Counted from the stretch's first letter, positions 1 to 13,748 are shown. The stretch: 64,000 bases of DNA from Eledone cirrhosa (GCA_964016885.1 OZ024740.1:253704001-253768000), one strand, 5' to 3'. The notes: a model not told the origin generated them from the letters alone. Numbers and translations: made by a program.

Positions 1-1547
1 TCTGTTAAATCTATTAAGTATGTTTGCAAATATATAAACAAAGGTTTAGATGCTGCAACATACACTCTTATGCAGAATGGCAGTCAGCAGATAAATAAAA
101 ATGCCCAAGTTACACAGTATGAGAGAGAAAGATACATCAGTAGCAATGAGCCTTTTGCCGCATCTTTAATTTTCTCATTCTCACCCAGCCATCATTCATC
201 TGAGTGTCCATCTAGACAATGGCCAAATGGTTATCTTTACAAAACAAACAGCCTTGCAACAAGCACTTTCTTCAAAAGAAACTACCCTTACTGCTTTTTT
301 AAGTTGTGTCAAGAAGATGAAGATGCAAGAAAACTCCTTTACCTAGAATTACAAGTATTACACCTGGAGAAACAATAAATGGCACAAGAGGAAATGTGGG
401 GCTGATGCTCTTACAAGAGTTTACAGTGTAATGTTACTACTTACGGCTTCTTTTGCATGAAGTATGTGGTCCCAAATCATTCCAAATGCTATCAACAAGG
501 TTTTTTAGGAAATGATGAACAGAAATTCTCCTTCAATACTAACATGCAAGCTTTATTACATGGAGACCAATGTACAGAACAGTTTTCAACCCGATTCCTC
601 CAATTAGGAAATGGGAAAGTACCAATTGATGGGAATGGTGATATCAATTTGGCTCATATTACTATCATGGTGAATTCCCCAGCTGAATTGAAGAACAGGG
701 TATTTCCATACTTAAGTAATAATTATAATTCACATAAATGGTTGTGTGAAAGGGCAATTCTTGCTAAAAAAAAAAAAGAGACAGTAGCAAGGATTAACCA
801 TGAATTAATGAATAAAATTCCAACAGTAATTAAGGAGTACAAATCGGTTGATTCAGTCCTTGATGAAAATTAAGCTGTCCACTATCCAAGAGAGTTCCTT
901 AATTCTCTTGAGCCACCTGGAACTCCTCCACGTTTTCTAAAGGTAGGAGTCCTAATAATGCTTCTAAGAAATTTAGATCCTCCTAAATTATGCGATGAGA
1001 CAAGCTTGATTATGAAGACATTATCACCTAATGTGACAGAAGCTACCATCATCACTGGATGTGCCTTTGGGGAAGATGCTTTCATTCCAAGAATTCCAAT
1101 TAAACCAACAAACATACCATTTGAGTTCAAACGAACACAACTCCCAGTGCAACTTTGCTTTGCAGTGTCTATTAATAAAGCTCAAAGTCAGACTCAAATC
1201 TACTGGCTCGCACTTAATTGAGCCTTGCTTTTCTCATGGTCAACTTTATGTTGGTTGCTCCAGAGTGGGTACAATACTTATTTGTCTATGCTCCAAACCA
1301 GAAAACAAAGAATGTTGTTTACCCAGAAGCTCTTATGTAATTTCCTTCAACATATATGATAGAATTTCTCCCTTCATAACAGTGGTAAATTTTGTATTTT
1401 CGTTTTTTTTTTTATTATGAATTCAGAATTGATTTCATCATGTATCCCAATTGAAGAATAAATGGAATTTAGAATAACAAATTTCTATACAACATATTTT
1501 GCTTTTTTCTTCTAATATATAGGGAACAATTTCATTCCCTCTGCTAG
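1..1547 (+). mobile_element. Degenerate Helitron, 3' part (Rep/PIF1-like helicase remnants, hairpin + CTAG end)
   Basis: Frameshifted ORFs give PIF1-helicase motifs ([58 protein letters not shown]). AGGGAA..TTCCCT hairpin then CTAG at 1544-1547. Confidence 0.9.
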
Positions 1548-1900
1548 TAGTATATATATAGAGAGTAATGTAAATGTTATGCAAGATATTATGTGAGGTA
1601 AAGCCTTTACTGTGAAAATACAATAGTTTATATAGAGTAATGTAAATGCAGTGAGATATTATGTGAGATAAAGCCTTTACTGTCAAAATACAATAGTATA
1701 TATAAAGTAATGTAAATGTTATGTGAGATATGTGAGGTAAAGCCTTTACTGTGAAAATACAATATAGAGTAATGTAAATGCTAGGTGAGATATTATGTGA
1801 GGTAAAGCCTTTACTGTGAAAGTACAATAGCATATATAGAGTAATATAAATGTAGATGTGAGACATTATGTGAGGTAAAGTCTTTACTGTGAAAATACAA
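1548..1900. repeat. ~60-70 bp minisatellite (GAGTAATGTAAATG..ATGTGAGGTAAAGCCTTTACTGTGAAAATACAA), about 5-6 units
   Basis: Tandem units visible directly; a further unit occurs at 5563-5634. Confidence 0.95.
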
Positions 1901-2553
1901 TCCCTATCTAAACTATAATAAAGTAAGAAGCGCGGGACTCCATACGGTTTATAATTTCATATCCCATTAGTAAAATAAGTTGGATTACTTTGAATAAATA
2001 ATTGTTTCTACTTTCGGCACAAGGCCAGCAATTACCCAGTACATTACTGGTACTTTATTTTATCGACCCCGTAAGGATGAAAGGTAAAGTTAACCTCGGC
2101 GGGATTTGAACTCAGAATGGCAAGGGCTGTAACTCTATGCGTCAAAGCATGGTGTCCGATCCTCTTTGAATAAATAATGAATGAATATTACATAATTTAT
2201 CTACTAAATTTCGTGGCTGTTCATTAAATATATTTTATTATTTATTTAAAGATTCACTTCTTTAAAATCTTCAAATGTCAACACTTCCGGTGGCGATCGC
2301 TTAAATAAACATTAATTTTCTGTCACTAATTTTCTCCTAATGCAGTTTTTATATAATATCGGTTTTTTTTTTAATGTATAATGGATTACGCTACTGATTA
2401 CATAAGAAAGTGTCTTCGTTCAATTTCTGTGTATATTGTCAATTACGATTTTATTTGACGTATCATATCTACATGTATATATATTTGCGTATAATATCAA
2501 TATACACACTACATGTTAGCAGAAAACCACCCGAAAGGTGGTTTTTCTGCTAG
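1901..2553 (+). mobile_element. Non-autonomous Helitron
   Basis: Starts TC after an A. Ends with hairpin GCAGAAAACCACC-CGAAA-GGTGGTTTTTCTGC and CTAG (2550-2553). Confidence 0.7.
2003..2160 (-). mobile_element. SINE (octopus-type, CTGAGTTCAAATCCCGCCGAGGTTAACTTTACCTTTCATCC core)
   Basis: Same core recurs at 53955-54058, 54160-54245, 55205-55280 (-) and 63798-63910 (+); B-box-like GAGTTCAAAT. Confidence 0.75.
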
Positions 2554-5500
2554 TATATATAAAATTCTTTGTCTCTCTGTCTGTCTGTTCCTATGCATTC
2601 GCAAATGGCTCGACCAAATCAAATCAAATTTTACAAGGTAATAGTATTAGACCCTGGGAGTGTCAACACATAATTTTTATTTTCATTTGGATTAAAACAA
2701 TATAATATTTTATCTAAAATAACCTTTCTAAAGTGAACTAAAGTAAACCAGCACCACGATGACGACGACGTCACATTTTGTATACGAGTGTGTATGTCTG
2801 TGAGTGTGTGTGCAAGTTCATTACATACGTTAGGCCTCAGACAATTAAACACACACATATCTACACATACATATTTAATGAAGGGTTAAAATGAAAAGTT
2901 AGATGGATATATATGGTTATTTAGATTTGTGATAACAAGATTGTTAAATGTAATAATAAAATTGTTAGAGGAAATAACATGAATAATAAGAATAGGTGTA
3001 ATAACGAGAATATAAAGAATAGAGAAGGCCTTTGATAGGGTACCCCGATCTGTCATCTGGTGGTCCCTAAGGAAGCTGGGTGTTGAGGAATGGCTTGTGA
3101 GGACAGTGCAAACTTTATACAGAGGTACTCTCAGTAAAGTCAGGGTAGGAATGGAGTTTAGTGAGGAATTCCAGATACAAGTAGGAGTACATCAGGGTTC
3201 GATCCTCAGCCTGCTCTTGTTCATTATAGTCCTCCAAGCCATAACAGAGGAGTTTAAGACTGGTTGTCCATGGGAACTTCTCTATGCTGACGATCTGGTT
3301 CTTATAGCAGAATCAGTAGAGGAGGTAGAGAATAAATTCTGGCTATGGAAACAGCAGTTGGAAGCAAGAGGACTGAGAGTGAATCTAGCTAAGACAAAAG
3401 TGTTGATGAGTAGAAAAGAGGACAAAACCCTGATTCCGTCAGGGAAATGGCCATGTTCGATATGCAGAAAAGGAACTGGCATAAATTCTATAAAATGCAC
3501 ACAATGCAGATCCTGGGTACACAAGAGATGTAGCGGGATAGCAGGCAAACTAACAGGTAGGGAGAAATATGTATGCAGTAGATGTACAGGGAAATTAGAC
3601 AGTAGAAGTCGCATTGATAGACACATTTTTCAAATGCAGGAGGGCGCTATAGAAGTGGTGGATAGCTTCCGGTACCTAGGAGATCAGATTAGCATGGGAG
3701 GAGGGTGTTCCGAGGCCATAGTATCTAGAATAAGGATGGGTTGGCAGAAGTTTAGGGAGCTGCTTCCTCTGTTGACGAAGGGTTTCTCCCTGTGTACGAA
3801 AAGCCGGTTGTATGATGCCTGTGTGAGGAGCGCGATGCTGCATGGTAGTGAGACATGGGCAGCAACTGCAGAGGATATGCGACGGCTGGAGAGAAATGAG
3901 GCAAGCATGCTCCGTTGGATGTGCAGTGTAAATGTGCGTGAACGACCCAGTATGGATGTGTTGAGAGAGAAACTGTCTGAGAGGGATAGAATGTAGTGTA
4001 CGGGAGAGGAGACTGAGGTGGTATGGACATGTGATGCGCATGGAGGATGACCGATTGTTGATGAAGTGCCAGGAATTGCCAGTTGAAGGAAGACGTGGTA
4101 GAGGTAGACCACAAAAAACATGGGCGGAGGTGGTGAGAACAGACCTCAGATCATTGAAGCTCACGGTGGAGATGACGAGGGACCGTGACGAGTGGAGAGA
4201 TGCTGTGCTGAATAAGACCCATCCCACCCTTGCAAGCAGGGAAAAGCGGACGTAAAATGATGATGATGATGAAATGATTTGGTTTATATATAGTTTACTT
4301 CACATGAATCAATTAAAAGGTACAATAAACAAGTTACCATAAGTTGCAAAGATTGACAATATTATTTTGTTGTTGATGTGAGGCTGTTGTAGTCTGTTGT
4401 TGTTAGAATTTGGAGTCTGTGGTAGTAGTTGTGAGACCGTAGTTAGTAAGAGAGAGAGAGAGATATGGTTTGTATACCTGTTATGGTCTGTCGTAACTGT
4501 GAACCACCGTGGCCTGCAGACAGCGGTAAATCTTCCACATTTGTGTTCTGTAGTAATAGGGCTCCAATCGCTCTGGGTATTTCTGTAGACCACGGGGGTC
4601 TGTTGATAGTGGTGAATCTTTACATAGTTAGTTGCTAGCGTAATGTGCCGATGTCTCTGGCTGTAGACCCTTGGGGTCTATTGATAGCAGTGAATTCTTA
4701 CATAGTTTGTTATAGGTGTAATGCTCCGATGTATCTGATGAAATAGCTTGATACAGGCTCTATATATAGCTGTCACTTCCTGTCCCCCAACCTGAGGGGA
4801 CAGCCTACACATGAACTTGATCACACCAAAAAGGTGTTGACCTAGAATTTGATCTTTAGGTGTCACTCAAGGTTCAAGGTGCGGATAGATTTCGCTACAC
4901 ATATGGCCTTAGTAAGTTGCATACACATTATCTTCATACTCAGACAATAAAACACACACACATCTACACATAGATACATATGTGATGACAGATAGGTGTG
5001 TGTGAAAGTATCTGTGTCTGTCTTAGTATATGTATGTGAGAGTCTGTGAGAGTCCATGAGTGTATGTGAGTATGTGTGTGTGAGTGTATGTGTGATAATT
5101 TTTATTTTCATTTTTTTGATTAAAACAATAGAAAACAACACGACGCCACATTTTGTATATGAATATGTAAGTGTTTGTGAGTGTGTGTGTGTGCGCGCAT
5201 TCATTAGGTACCTTATTAAATACACACACACATCTACACATATGTAGCGACTGTAAAAAAAAATTAGGTGAAAAGCTATGCGTGTTTGCGTGAATATATG
5301 TCTGTGTGTGTCTGTCTTAGTATATGTATGTGAGAGTGTATGTGTGTGAGTGTGTACACAATGAATTTTGTTTACCCTAAGGTGCTTCAAGATTGACATA
5401 TTTTCATTTCTAAATTCTATTATCATTACAATTTTGATATTTTTTTATAAAATATAGATATTTTAAAATAATCATGAGGAAAAAAACATATCTTCATATT

Positions 5501-5562
5501 TATTATTTACTAATCTGAATAAGAACAGCAGTAACCCGGGCAATACCGGGTAATTCAGCTAG
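2554..5562 (+). mobile_element. Non-autonomous Helitron carrying an RTE insertion
   Basis: 5' TATATATAAA followed by (TCTG)n, typical of non-autonomous Helitrons. 3' hairpin ACCCGG..CCGGGT and CTAG at 5559-5562. Confidence 0.65.
3020..4272 (+). mobile_element. 5'-truncated RTE LINE, subfamily A (frameshifted RT 3' half)
   Basis: VHQGS, LLYADD and FRYLG motifs; near-identical to 47690-48950; (TGA)n tail. Confidence 0.95.
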
Positions 5563-5634
5563 TAGTATATATAGAGTAATGTAAATGCTATGTGAGATAT
5601 TATGTGAGGTAAAGCCTTTACTGTGAAAATACAA
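5563..5634. repeat. Single unit of the 1548-1900 minisatellite
   Basis: Sequence matches the unit. Confidence 0.9.
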
Positions 5635-7025
5635 TCTATATATAATATAAAAGAATAAAAGAGAGATGTTTGTTGGTTGGTTGAATCACACGAAAACTAC
5701 ACACACATCTAAAGAGAGAGAGAGACACAGAAGGAGAGTCAGAGGGGAGAGAGATACACGGTTATGCAGAGTGATATACAATTAAAGTGTTAGATATTCA
5801 GAGAGAGGGTGACTCCCACAAAAACCTAGAATCGTCTTGAACTATCAAAGTATCAGATGAATCATCATCATCATTGTTTAACATCCATATTCCACGCTTG
5901 CATGGGTTTGGACGGGAGTTTTCCCACTTGAGGCAAGACTGTCTGGCGGGTTGTCTACGGCTGGATGCCCTTCCTAACACCAACCACATTTACAATGTGG
6001 AATGTTTAACAATATTGCGTTAGCGTTTATAAAGTTGTTTTACACCAGTCTTTGATTTTACAGAACACAGAAACAATTGATACTATTTGAAATTAATCTA
6101 CGGTGTACATTAATTTAGCTTTTTGAGGATAGTGTCACATGTTATTATTGACCTAATTCAGATGACAGTGTCAACCTATTCTCTAAGGCTGCTATTTGCA
6201 TTTATTTCTATTTTCTTTATATTGCTTCGTAGTGTTTTTTTTTTCGCAATATTTTCTCCAAAAATTAATTTCATCATGTCACCAAAACACCATTCTTCTA
6301 TCAGGGAAGTTACAATGTCTGTCAAATAGCTGAAATCTTCAAGCAAAAGAGAAACTCATGAACAATATTAAAAAAGACTTGGGAATACAAGGACAAGCCA
6401 ACATTGTGACATTCAGCAGAATATGATACGGGAAACAGAAAGATTAAGGCAAGAAGAAAGACTATCGCAACAAACAGAGGTTTGAAAATCACCAAGAGGT
6501 AATGAGACTCTCCAAGGCAGAATAAACTAGCTAAGAGCTGCGTTTTCATATGATCCATCGAAGAATTATAGAAATGATCCTAAAGTCACGATTGGGAGCA
6601 TGGATATTACGCTTGGCCTGTGTTGCTTAGGAGGAAAGGTCAGACTTCACTGATAGAGGACCCTCCAGCTTTTATCCATATACTGCTTACAGACCATACT
6701 AACGAAGCTAAACACTTCAGAAGCAATGTTATAAGGTATATTGCTGCATTTCAGATGACGTCCTTTGGAGCTGAAAAAGGTCATACTGACTATGGTTATT
6801 TCACAACATTTAAAAGCAAGGGCCAATGCTACCATTTAATCGGCAGTTTACTCCCAACACCTAATAAGGAAGTTTTATGATTATTTTTTATGTCTCTCTT
6901 ACACATACGCACATTATGGCCTCATCTCATACTGTAAACCAGACAACACATCCAATACAGTCATTTTCTTTTTTATCCGTCTTCTTTTAACTGTTCTCCC
7001 AGGAGAAGCCAGGTACCTCAGCTAT
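5635..7025 (+). mobile_element. Internally deleted Helitron with N-terminal Rep remnant
   Basis: 5' TCTATATATAA after an A. ORF 6620-6880 (AAFQMTSFGA..FKSKGQCYHLIGSLLP) is Helitron-like. Degenerate 3' hairpin ending CTAT. Confidence 0.7.
5862..6000 (-). mobile_element. Isolated RTE 3' tail (subfamily C-like)
   Basis: (CAT)n plus TGGATGCCCTTCCTAACACCAACC, matching 32040-32200. Confidence 0.85.
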
Positions 7026-9600
7026 TAATAATAATAATAATAATGAAATTATTGTGTACAGTGCTCAGGTGCACTACAACCCAGCAAAGGTGCATGTATA
7101 GTAAATAGAATAATGTACAAATCTCAGGAAAGTGAACAGTGTATGAGTCATGATATACATGTGTGCGTGTGTATGGAGGGGAATATCAGGTGTATTGTTG
7201 GCGAATTTCAGGAAGCATGGAGGTTTTAAAGGATGCAGTGTCCTGGCAGCTAACAACTGATGCAGGTAGTTTGTTCCATGCTTCAACAACTCTGAGCGTG
7301 AAAAAATGTTTCCAAGAGTCATGGGAGCTGTGCTGTTTTTTGACTTTGGAATTCAAAAAAGTGCTCAGGGTTGTTGTTGGCAAGTTGGTTAATAATTTTG
7401 TGGGTGTTTACCAAGTCAATTGCCAGATGTCGGAGCTTCAATGCATCCATGCCCAGGAAGCAAGGCATTCAGAGTATGGTAGATACCTGATGGAGGGTAT
7501 TCGCTTGGTTGCACATCTCTGAACAGCTTCCAGGAGGTCAATATTCTGAACAAGTTAGGGGTTCCATACTGGTGATGCAAATTCTAAGTGTGGCCACACC
7601 ATAGCTATATACAGCTTTAAATAGATAGCTGGAGAGAAACTGACAAAGGTCAAGCTGAGTGAGGCCAAGACGCCCTTGGCCTTCTTGACAATCTTAGAGA
7701 TGTGCTTTGTCCAACGCAAATAGCTGCTGACAGCCCAAGTCACGTTCACCAGAAGACTTCTTGACATTAGTGTTGTGGAAGGAGTATATGGACACTGGAT
7801 TTTTCCTCCCAAAATGCATGGTGGTACACTTATTCACAGCCAGCTTGAGTTGCCAGTCCGTGATCCATTGCTACATTGTGTCCAGGTATGATTACAGGAA
7901 AGCTCTATAGTGTTCAGGATCTGTCCTTTTTATCTCAAGGTACAGCTTGATGTCATCTGCATATTTCAGTACTGTGGCATTCTTTAAGTTGGCATCTATG
8001 TCATTATGCAACAAACAAAAGGGCACCAAGAAAGACCCCTGCGGTATACCAGATGACATTTCATAGGGTGAAGAATGCTGTCCTAGATCCGTCACTACCT
8101 CTTTTCGACTGAGAATAAAGGACTTCAACCAGTTAAAAAGATCATCTCTCACACCCATTGCAGTGAGTTTTGCCATAACTCTTTTGTGTGGCACAGAATT
8201 AAAAGCTTTAGCAAAGTCAAGGTAAACAACATCTGCCCATGAGCCGCCATCAGTGATCCGGGTGATCAAGAAACTCGATAAGTTGATCACAGCAGCTGGA
8301 GTTAGGGATAAATTCAAATTGCAAGGGCCGGATAAGGCTGTGAGAATTCCAGAAGTTCCAATCAGGATTCCATCAGTTTGGTGATGCAGCTAGTAAGACT
8401 GACTGGATGATAATTGACAGGCGACATGCAGTCACCCTTTTTGAACAGAGGAATGACACTGGCAGTTTTCTACTGCTCCAGAGTAGCAACGTTGTTAAGA
8501 CAGAACTGAAAGAAGAGTGAAAGCTGGTGCAGAAGAAAGTACCCACTACGTTTAAGAAGCAGGTATGTAACACCATCAAGACCAGGAGAGGCACAGTTGT
8601 GCATATTCTTAAGGTGACGTCGCAGCATCGCAGCTGTAAATTCCATAGTTGTTATAGAATTTGATGTCAGAAATGGTGGAGATGGTATATTTTGGTTTTC
8701 AACAGTAAAAATGCCTGCATAGCATTCAGCAATGAGTTCTGCACATTCTTTGGGATCGTCAGTAATCTGGCTTGTGTAGGGATTGCGAAAAGGACCAACT
8801 GGAGAGCACAGCCTAGGTCTTTGGATGAGCTGCCAGCAAATGCCTGAAAATCAGCTATGTCTTCTGATACACCAATGGCAATTACTTCATGGGTGGCAGA
8901 TTCAGTGGCTTTCTCAATGTGTCTAGATTCGGCAAGAACTACGGGCAGATGTTTTAGCAAGGCACACCAATAAGATCCCTCATTGTGAGGTCTACACGAA
9001 TGCTTGATTTGAGTCCTGCTATTTCTCAGCATAAAAGCAGAAATCATTTGTCATATTTCCGCAAACTCTGTATTGATGGTTGATTTTTTTTGTTGTTGAT
9101 GTTCTTCAACAGGAATGATAGGGGAAGCCACGGTCGTCGGCTGTTGTTATTGGGAAGTAACAAGAGGAAGACATGATTTGCTGTTGTTGATAATGTTCTT
9201 CAACAGGAATGGTAGCAGAAGCTAAGGTCGTCGGTTTTTTGCCGTTGTTGGTAGAGGAAGATACAGTCATCAGTCTTTGTTGTTGTTCAACAGCAATGGT
9301 AGAGGAATAAACACAGGCCAGGCACTGAAAGGACCAATTTGGTAGCTAGACCATTTCCTAGAGTCCATCATAGAAATATGGTGTCCCCTTTTTTGACCTG
9401 GGATCTTTGTGGCACATTGAAGGTAGACAGAAACACGGGAAAGAGTTCTCGTGTTCTGTACATAGATGACAGACGGGATTTTCTGAGCAATGTTCTATTT
9501 TGGAACAACAACCAGTTTGGTCACACACTTCATCCATGGATGTCGCAATAGCAATTTTGTTCTGTCTGTCCATCCATACAGTAGAACAAAAGGTAAACAA
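7026..9600 (-). mobile_element. Degenerate CR1/L2-group LINE
   Basis: DVVYLDFAKAFNSVPH, SGIPQGS, KYADDIK, HLEFASPVWNP, FFTLRVVEAWNKLP; (ATT)n tail at 7026-7043. 5' boundary uncertain. Confidence 0.85.
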
Positions 9601-9873
9601 ATAGATATGCTGCATAAGTTTAGCACACTTGCTATTAAGATAAATAAAATGTTTGGTTTTTTTGTTTCCGTTTTGCTAGATATTGTGTGTGTGTGTGTAC
9701 AAAGAGCTCTGCACACGTATATATAATTGGAATATGTATGTAGGTTAGAAATGAAGTCAATGTCCAGAGTGGTTTTATTATGTATGTACGATGGCCATTA
9801 TAGTGTCCCTCACACGAAATAGTGTGATTTCTTTTCACTTTGTGTGTGTATGCGTGTGTGGTATGTATCATTA

Positions 9874-10899
9874 TCTATAAAAAGCAGATTATTGTTGTGT
9901 GTGTGTGTGTGTGCATGTTCCATGTTTATACATTTGCACAATTTCAAACCGATTCGACTCAAAGTCTGTAAGAATGTTGTAAATGGTCTAACTTAGGTCA
10001 ACGACTATTTATTTCATTCACACTCACCCACAATTACGGAAATAATCGATAAAACTAAATACATGACGCTTTACCCCTCTAATACAATCAGTTTACCTCT
10101 CTCTACTCCTCTTAAAATTCGATAAAACTACATACATGCTGCAACTTTCTCTGATATACGATTAAACTTACAAACTTTAAGAGAGAGAGAGTGAGAGGGA
10201 GAGAGAGAGAGGGAAGTTTGTTTTTGAGTGTGGAATGGTCAAACATTTATTTACTTCAATGACAAAGAGAACTTATTACATTTCATACGAAACAACAATT
10301 ATTCAAAAGCAACAGATAAGTTTATTCAACAACAAAAAAAATAGCGATAAATCTTTTTTAAAACATCTATCAATGAACGTGAAAGAAAGAAGTATCAGTT
10401 CATTTTCTATACACAATAATATCCTCTATGAGGTCACTAAACCTGCTAGAAACAGCAGCTAACTCTCCCCCATATCACACCACTCCCTACTGTCTTAAAT
10501 TTAGAAAACATATCCTCTATGAGGTCACTAAACCTGCTAGAAACAGCAGCTAACTCTCCCCCATATCACACCCCTCCCTACTGTCTTAAATTTAGAAAAC
10601 AAACATTAGACAACCATGCAGAACAACTCCATCGCAGCTCTGTTGTTCGGCTGGCATCGTCTACGCGCGTGTTGCGCAAGTACTGTGAAACAATAAATTT
10701 CAACACTTCTTTGCACAGAGATAATATCCATAGGCGAAACTACAATTGTCACTGCTGGCGCAGCTCCTGCTTCGGCAGTCCAGGTCTGCAATTCATTCAA
10801 CCAGTGCCTTGCAGACAAAAAAGTGCTGCCATAAAATGGGTGGTGCAACCTAACTTTGGTAACTTACTGACCCCGAGCAACGCCGGGCTTTAATGCTAG
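9874..10899 (+). mobile_element. Non-autonomous Helitron
   Basis: A|TC start; CCCGAGC..GCCGGG hairpin + CTAG|T end; internal ~90-bp tandem duplication at 10420-10600; partial copy on - strand at 28300-28730. Confidence 0.8.
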
Positions 10900-11129
10900 T
10901 CTACATATAAATCTGTGTGTATATTGTTGTTTATAGAATTTGGTATGTACTTACTGTGATCCCTACGGGATGTAGTGATTTTTTTTTCATTCATGTCTAC
11001 ACGTGGTTTGTTGGAAAAAATTAGATTTGCTTTGTTAAAATGATGTTATGCTGAAACTAGTTCTACTAGTCAGGGAATAGTGAAAGTATTTGCAATATTG
11101 AATATTGTAATCCATCTGACATGTGTTAA

Positions 11130-11480
11130 GAGGGCAGTTTTAGGTGATGATATTATGTTTAAATAGGAGAGCCCTGGTCATGCATCATTCCCTGTCGCCA
11201 TTTTCATGGAAACTTGCCTAAGATAACAACTACAATTGATCAATGACAGTTACGATTTACAAGACATTGTTGGAGAAGTAAGCAGGAACTTATAAACCAG
11301 TTACTATTGTGGGAACCAACTAACGGGAGACGCAGTTGAGGAAGACCTGCTCGAACCTTCATCGACCAACTCTCAGATGATACAAACCTGAGTGGGGAAC
11401 AGTTGCCAGCAACAATGGAAAATCATGAATTGTGGAGAGACTTTGTCAGGAATGTTCAACTGTGGTTATGATGATAATGA
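11130..11480 (+). mobile_element. Old RTE-like LINE 3' fragment
   Basis: Translates to LLLWEPTNGRRS*GRPARTFIDQL; degenerate (TGA)n tail. Confidence 0.6.
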
Positions 11481-11515
11481 CTTAGAAGAATACAAATTGA
11501 CAAAGAATTACTTAC

Positions 11516-11629
11516 GAGGAAAGCTATCACATCATAGTCATTCTCTTTCAGCCAAACAAGAATACAGGACGTATCCAAGCCTCCACTGTAGGCTAGTACA
11601 ACCTTCTTTTTATCTGTTTTATCTCCCAT
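11516..11629 (-). CDS. ASS1: Argininosuccinate synthase, first coding exon (38 aa)
   Basis: ATG at 11629 gives [38 protein letters not shown], containing the ASS signature AYSGGLDTS. Phase-0 GTAAGT donor at 11515; polypyrimidine tract + AG acceptor at 11647-11648. Confidence 0.96.
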
Positions 11630-12394
11630 GATACGTTTTTAGAAATCTAAGGATCAACAAAACAAAGAAAAACATTTTAAACCATAAAAATATAGAAAAC
11701 AATGGTGCCTCCCATTTTCAAACATAAATTTTAAAAGGGATGAAAAAAGAAAAGAATGTTATCAACTAAAAACATTTCCTTACATAATTAATTCCCTTGA
11801 GAAAAGGCATGACTGTGTTACAGAAACCTACAATGTTCTAAAGATATATTACATTATATCATGTGTAAGTGCCAAACCCTTCATGAGGTCCTTTTGGTGA
11901 CAATGTGTTAAGGGTGAAAGGAATGATAGAAATGAATGTAAGAGGAAAGTAGAGAAAGGAAAAGACCAAAAAAGATGATGGAGAAAATGAAAATTGGGAA
12001 GTGAGTGAAGGGGGTATGAAGAGAATAGGGCAAAATAGAAAAACTTGTCATAAAGCAGAGAAAATAGCTCCAAAATACTTATTATTGTTGTGTAAAATTC
12101 ACCATTTAAAGATTTCAAACAAATAAAAATTATAAGTACATGTGCCATCATAGCCTTGAAATGCTTATTGTCAAAGTCGTATCATAGAGTGGTAGTAAGA
12201 TATCTTAGTTAAGTATGAGGCATAGGTTCAATTCCGAGTTAGGCCATTAGACTTTGCTTACTCCTTACTATTCAGGTATGAAATTTTTGATGATAGTCAA
12301 TGGTCTCAGAGATGAGTTGGCTGATTTAGCCCACCACGAAAACAGTTTATTTTGGTGGTGAGGACATATTTCAAGATTCTATATCTAACAATGT

Positions 12395-12660
12395 GAAGGC
12401 ATGTGGCTTAGTGGTTAGGGTGTTGAGATCATGATCCTAACGTTGTGGTTTCAATTTCCAGAGCAGGTAACATGTTGTATCCTTGAGCAAGGCACTTCAT
12501 TTCATTTTGCTTCAGTTTAGTCAGCTAAAAATGAGTACTTGTGGTAGCTGATGATTATCCCTGCAATGGACTGGTGTCCTATCCAGGAGAGCAGTTTGTG
12601 TTTTCAGTCACTCAATCATTTAAGACCCAAAATAAGTTTTAGGTTTTATTCAGCCCCTGA
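12395..12660 (+). mobile_element. tRNA-derived SINE
   Basis: A-box-like TGGCTTAGTGG, degenerate B box, TCCTTGAGCAAGGCACTT core; relative at 54715-54960. Confidence 0.7.
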
Positions 12661-13653
12661 AAACATGGAAAGACAGGCATAAAATGATAACTCTAACTCA
12701 GGGGTCCCTAACACAGTCAGTATTGATTCTAAGGGGTTGATGTCTATACTGGGATATTAATTACACTTTGGGGCAATAATCTGCCATTTTCATAAGAAAT
12801 GAAATTACCACCATCATCATAACCATCATAGTACTTACTGAAATAGGTAAAATGGCTATGATGCGGGTGTGAAGATAGCATAAATAACTACAACAGAACA
12901 GTGTCCCTTGAGAGTGTGTGTGTGGTATGTGTATGTGAGAGTGTATGTGGTATGTGTATGTATACAAAGTTATTGTCAGACTAAGTGTGTCTAGGTACGT
13001 ATCTCCCCATTGCATTTGATACCAACAACACATCCACCACACCACCATAAACACCAGTACCATAAACAACAACACTACACCCACACCACACACAATAATC
13101 AGCCACAAATACACGCCAATCTGTCTACCGACAATCCACCAGACCCTCACCAAAGCCCATCCCAGCCTGCGACCGTCACCACCATCTTATCATCACATCC
13201 ACCCCCACATACACTACAGGCAAAAACATCCCTATGATCTATTCCACCAATCAAAACAAGCCTTATTGACCAACATATGAACTTCTGACTTTATCATATA
13301 GCATGTATTCATTTTCAACTAGCATTTAAAGGGTCCGTAGAGCTGCGGATTATAGAATCGGGTAAGATTGATACAGATCGAACCTTGAGCTGATCAGTGG
13401 CGAAACGCGCGTCACCAACTAATAAATGTAATGAAGGAGTAACCAATCACCCTTGTTATCTTTTCAATATAATACGCTCTGTAGAGTTCCACACCTTGAC
13501 ACAGAAGTGAACCTAAACATCGAGTGCTCACACGGGTGAACCTACAGTAACTCCAAGTTACACTCCCTAGATATAATATATGTATATAGATATATATATA
13601 TACACGCATACCATATATATTATACACACACACACACATATATATATACACAC

Positions 13654-13690
<37 letters not shown>

Positions 13691-13706
13691 TATACATATA
13701 TATATT

Positions 13707-13748
<42 letters not shown>

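Noticed and set aside
1548-1900. CRISPR-like periodic array
   Set aside because: No unique spacers, eukaryotic context, no cas genes.
11392-11631. 79-aa + strand ORF
   Set aside because: Antisense to the ASS1 exon plus an RTE tail.
12395-12480. Possible tRNA gene
   Set aside because: Degenerate cloverleaf continuing into a SINE body.
13385-13420. Hammerhead-like CTGATCAGTGGCGAAACGCGCGTC
   Set aside because: The 3' half is typical of Penelope hammerheads, but the core G is mutated and neither stem I nor stem II pairs convincingly.
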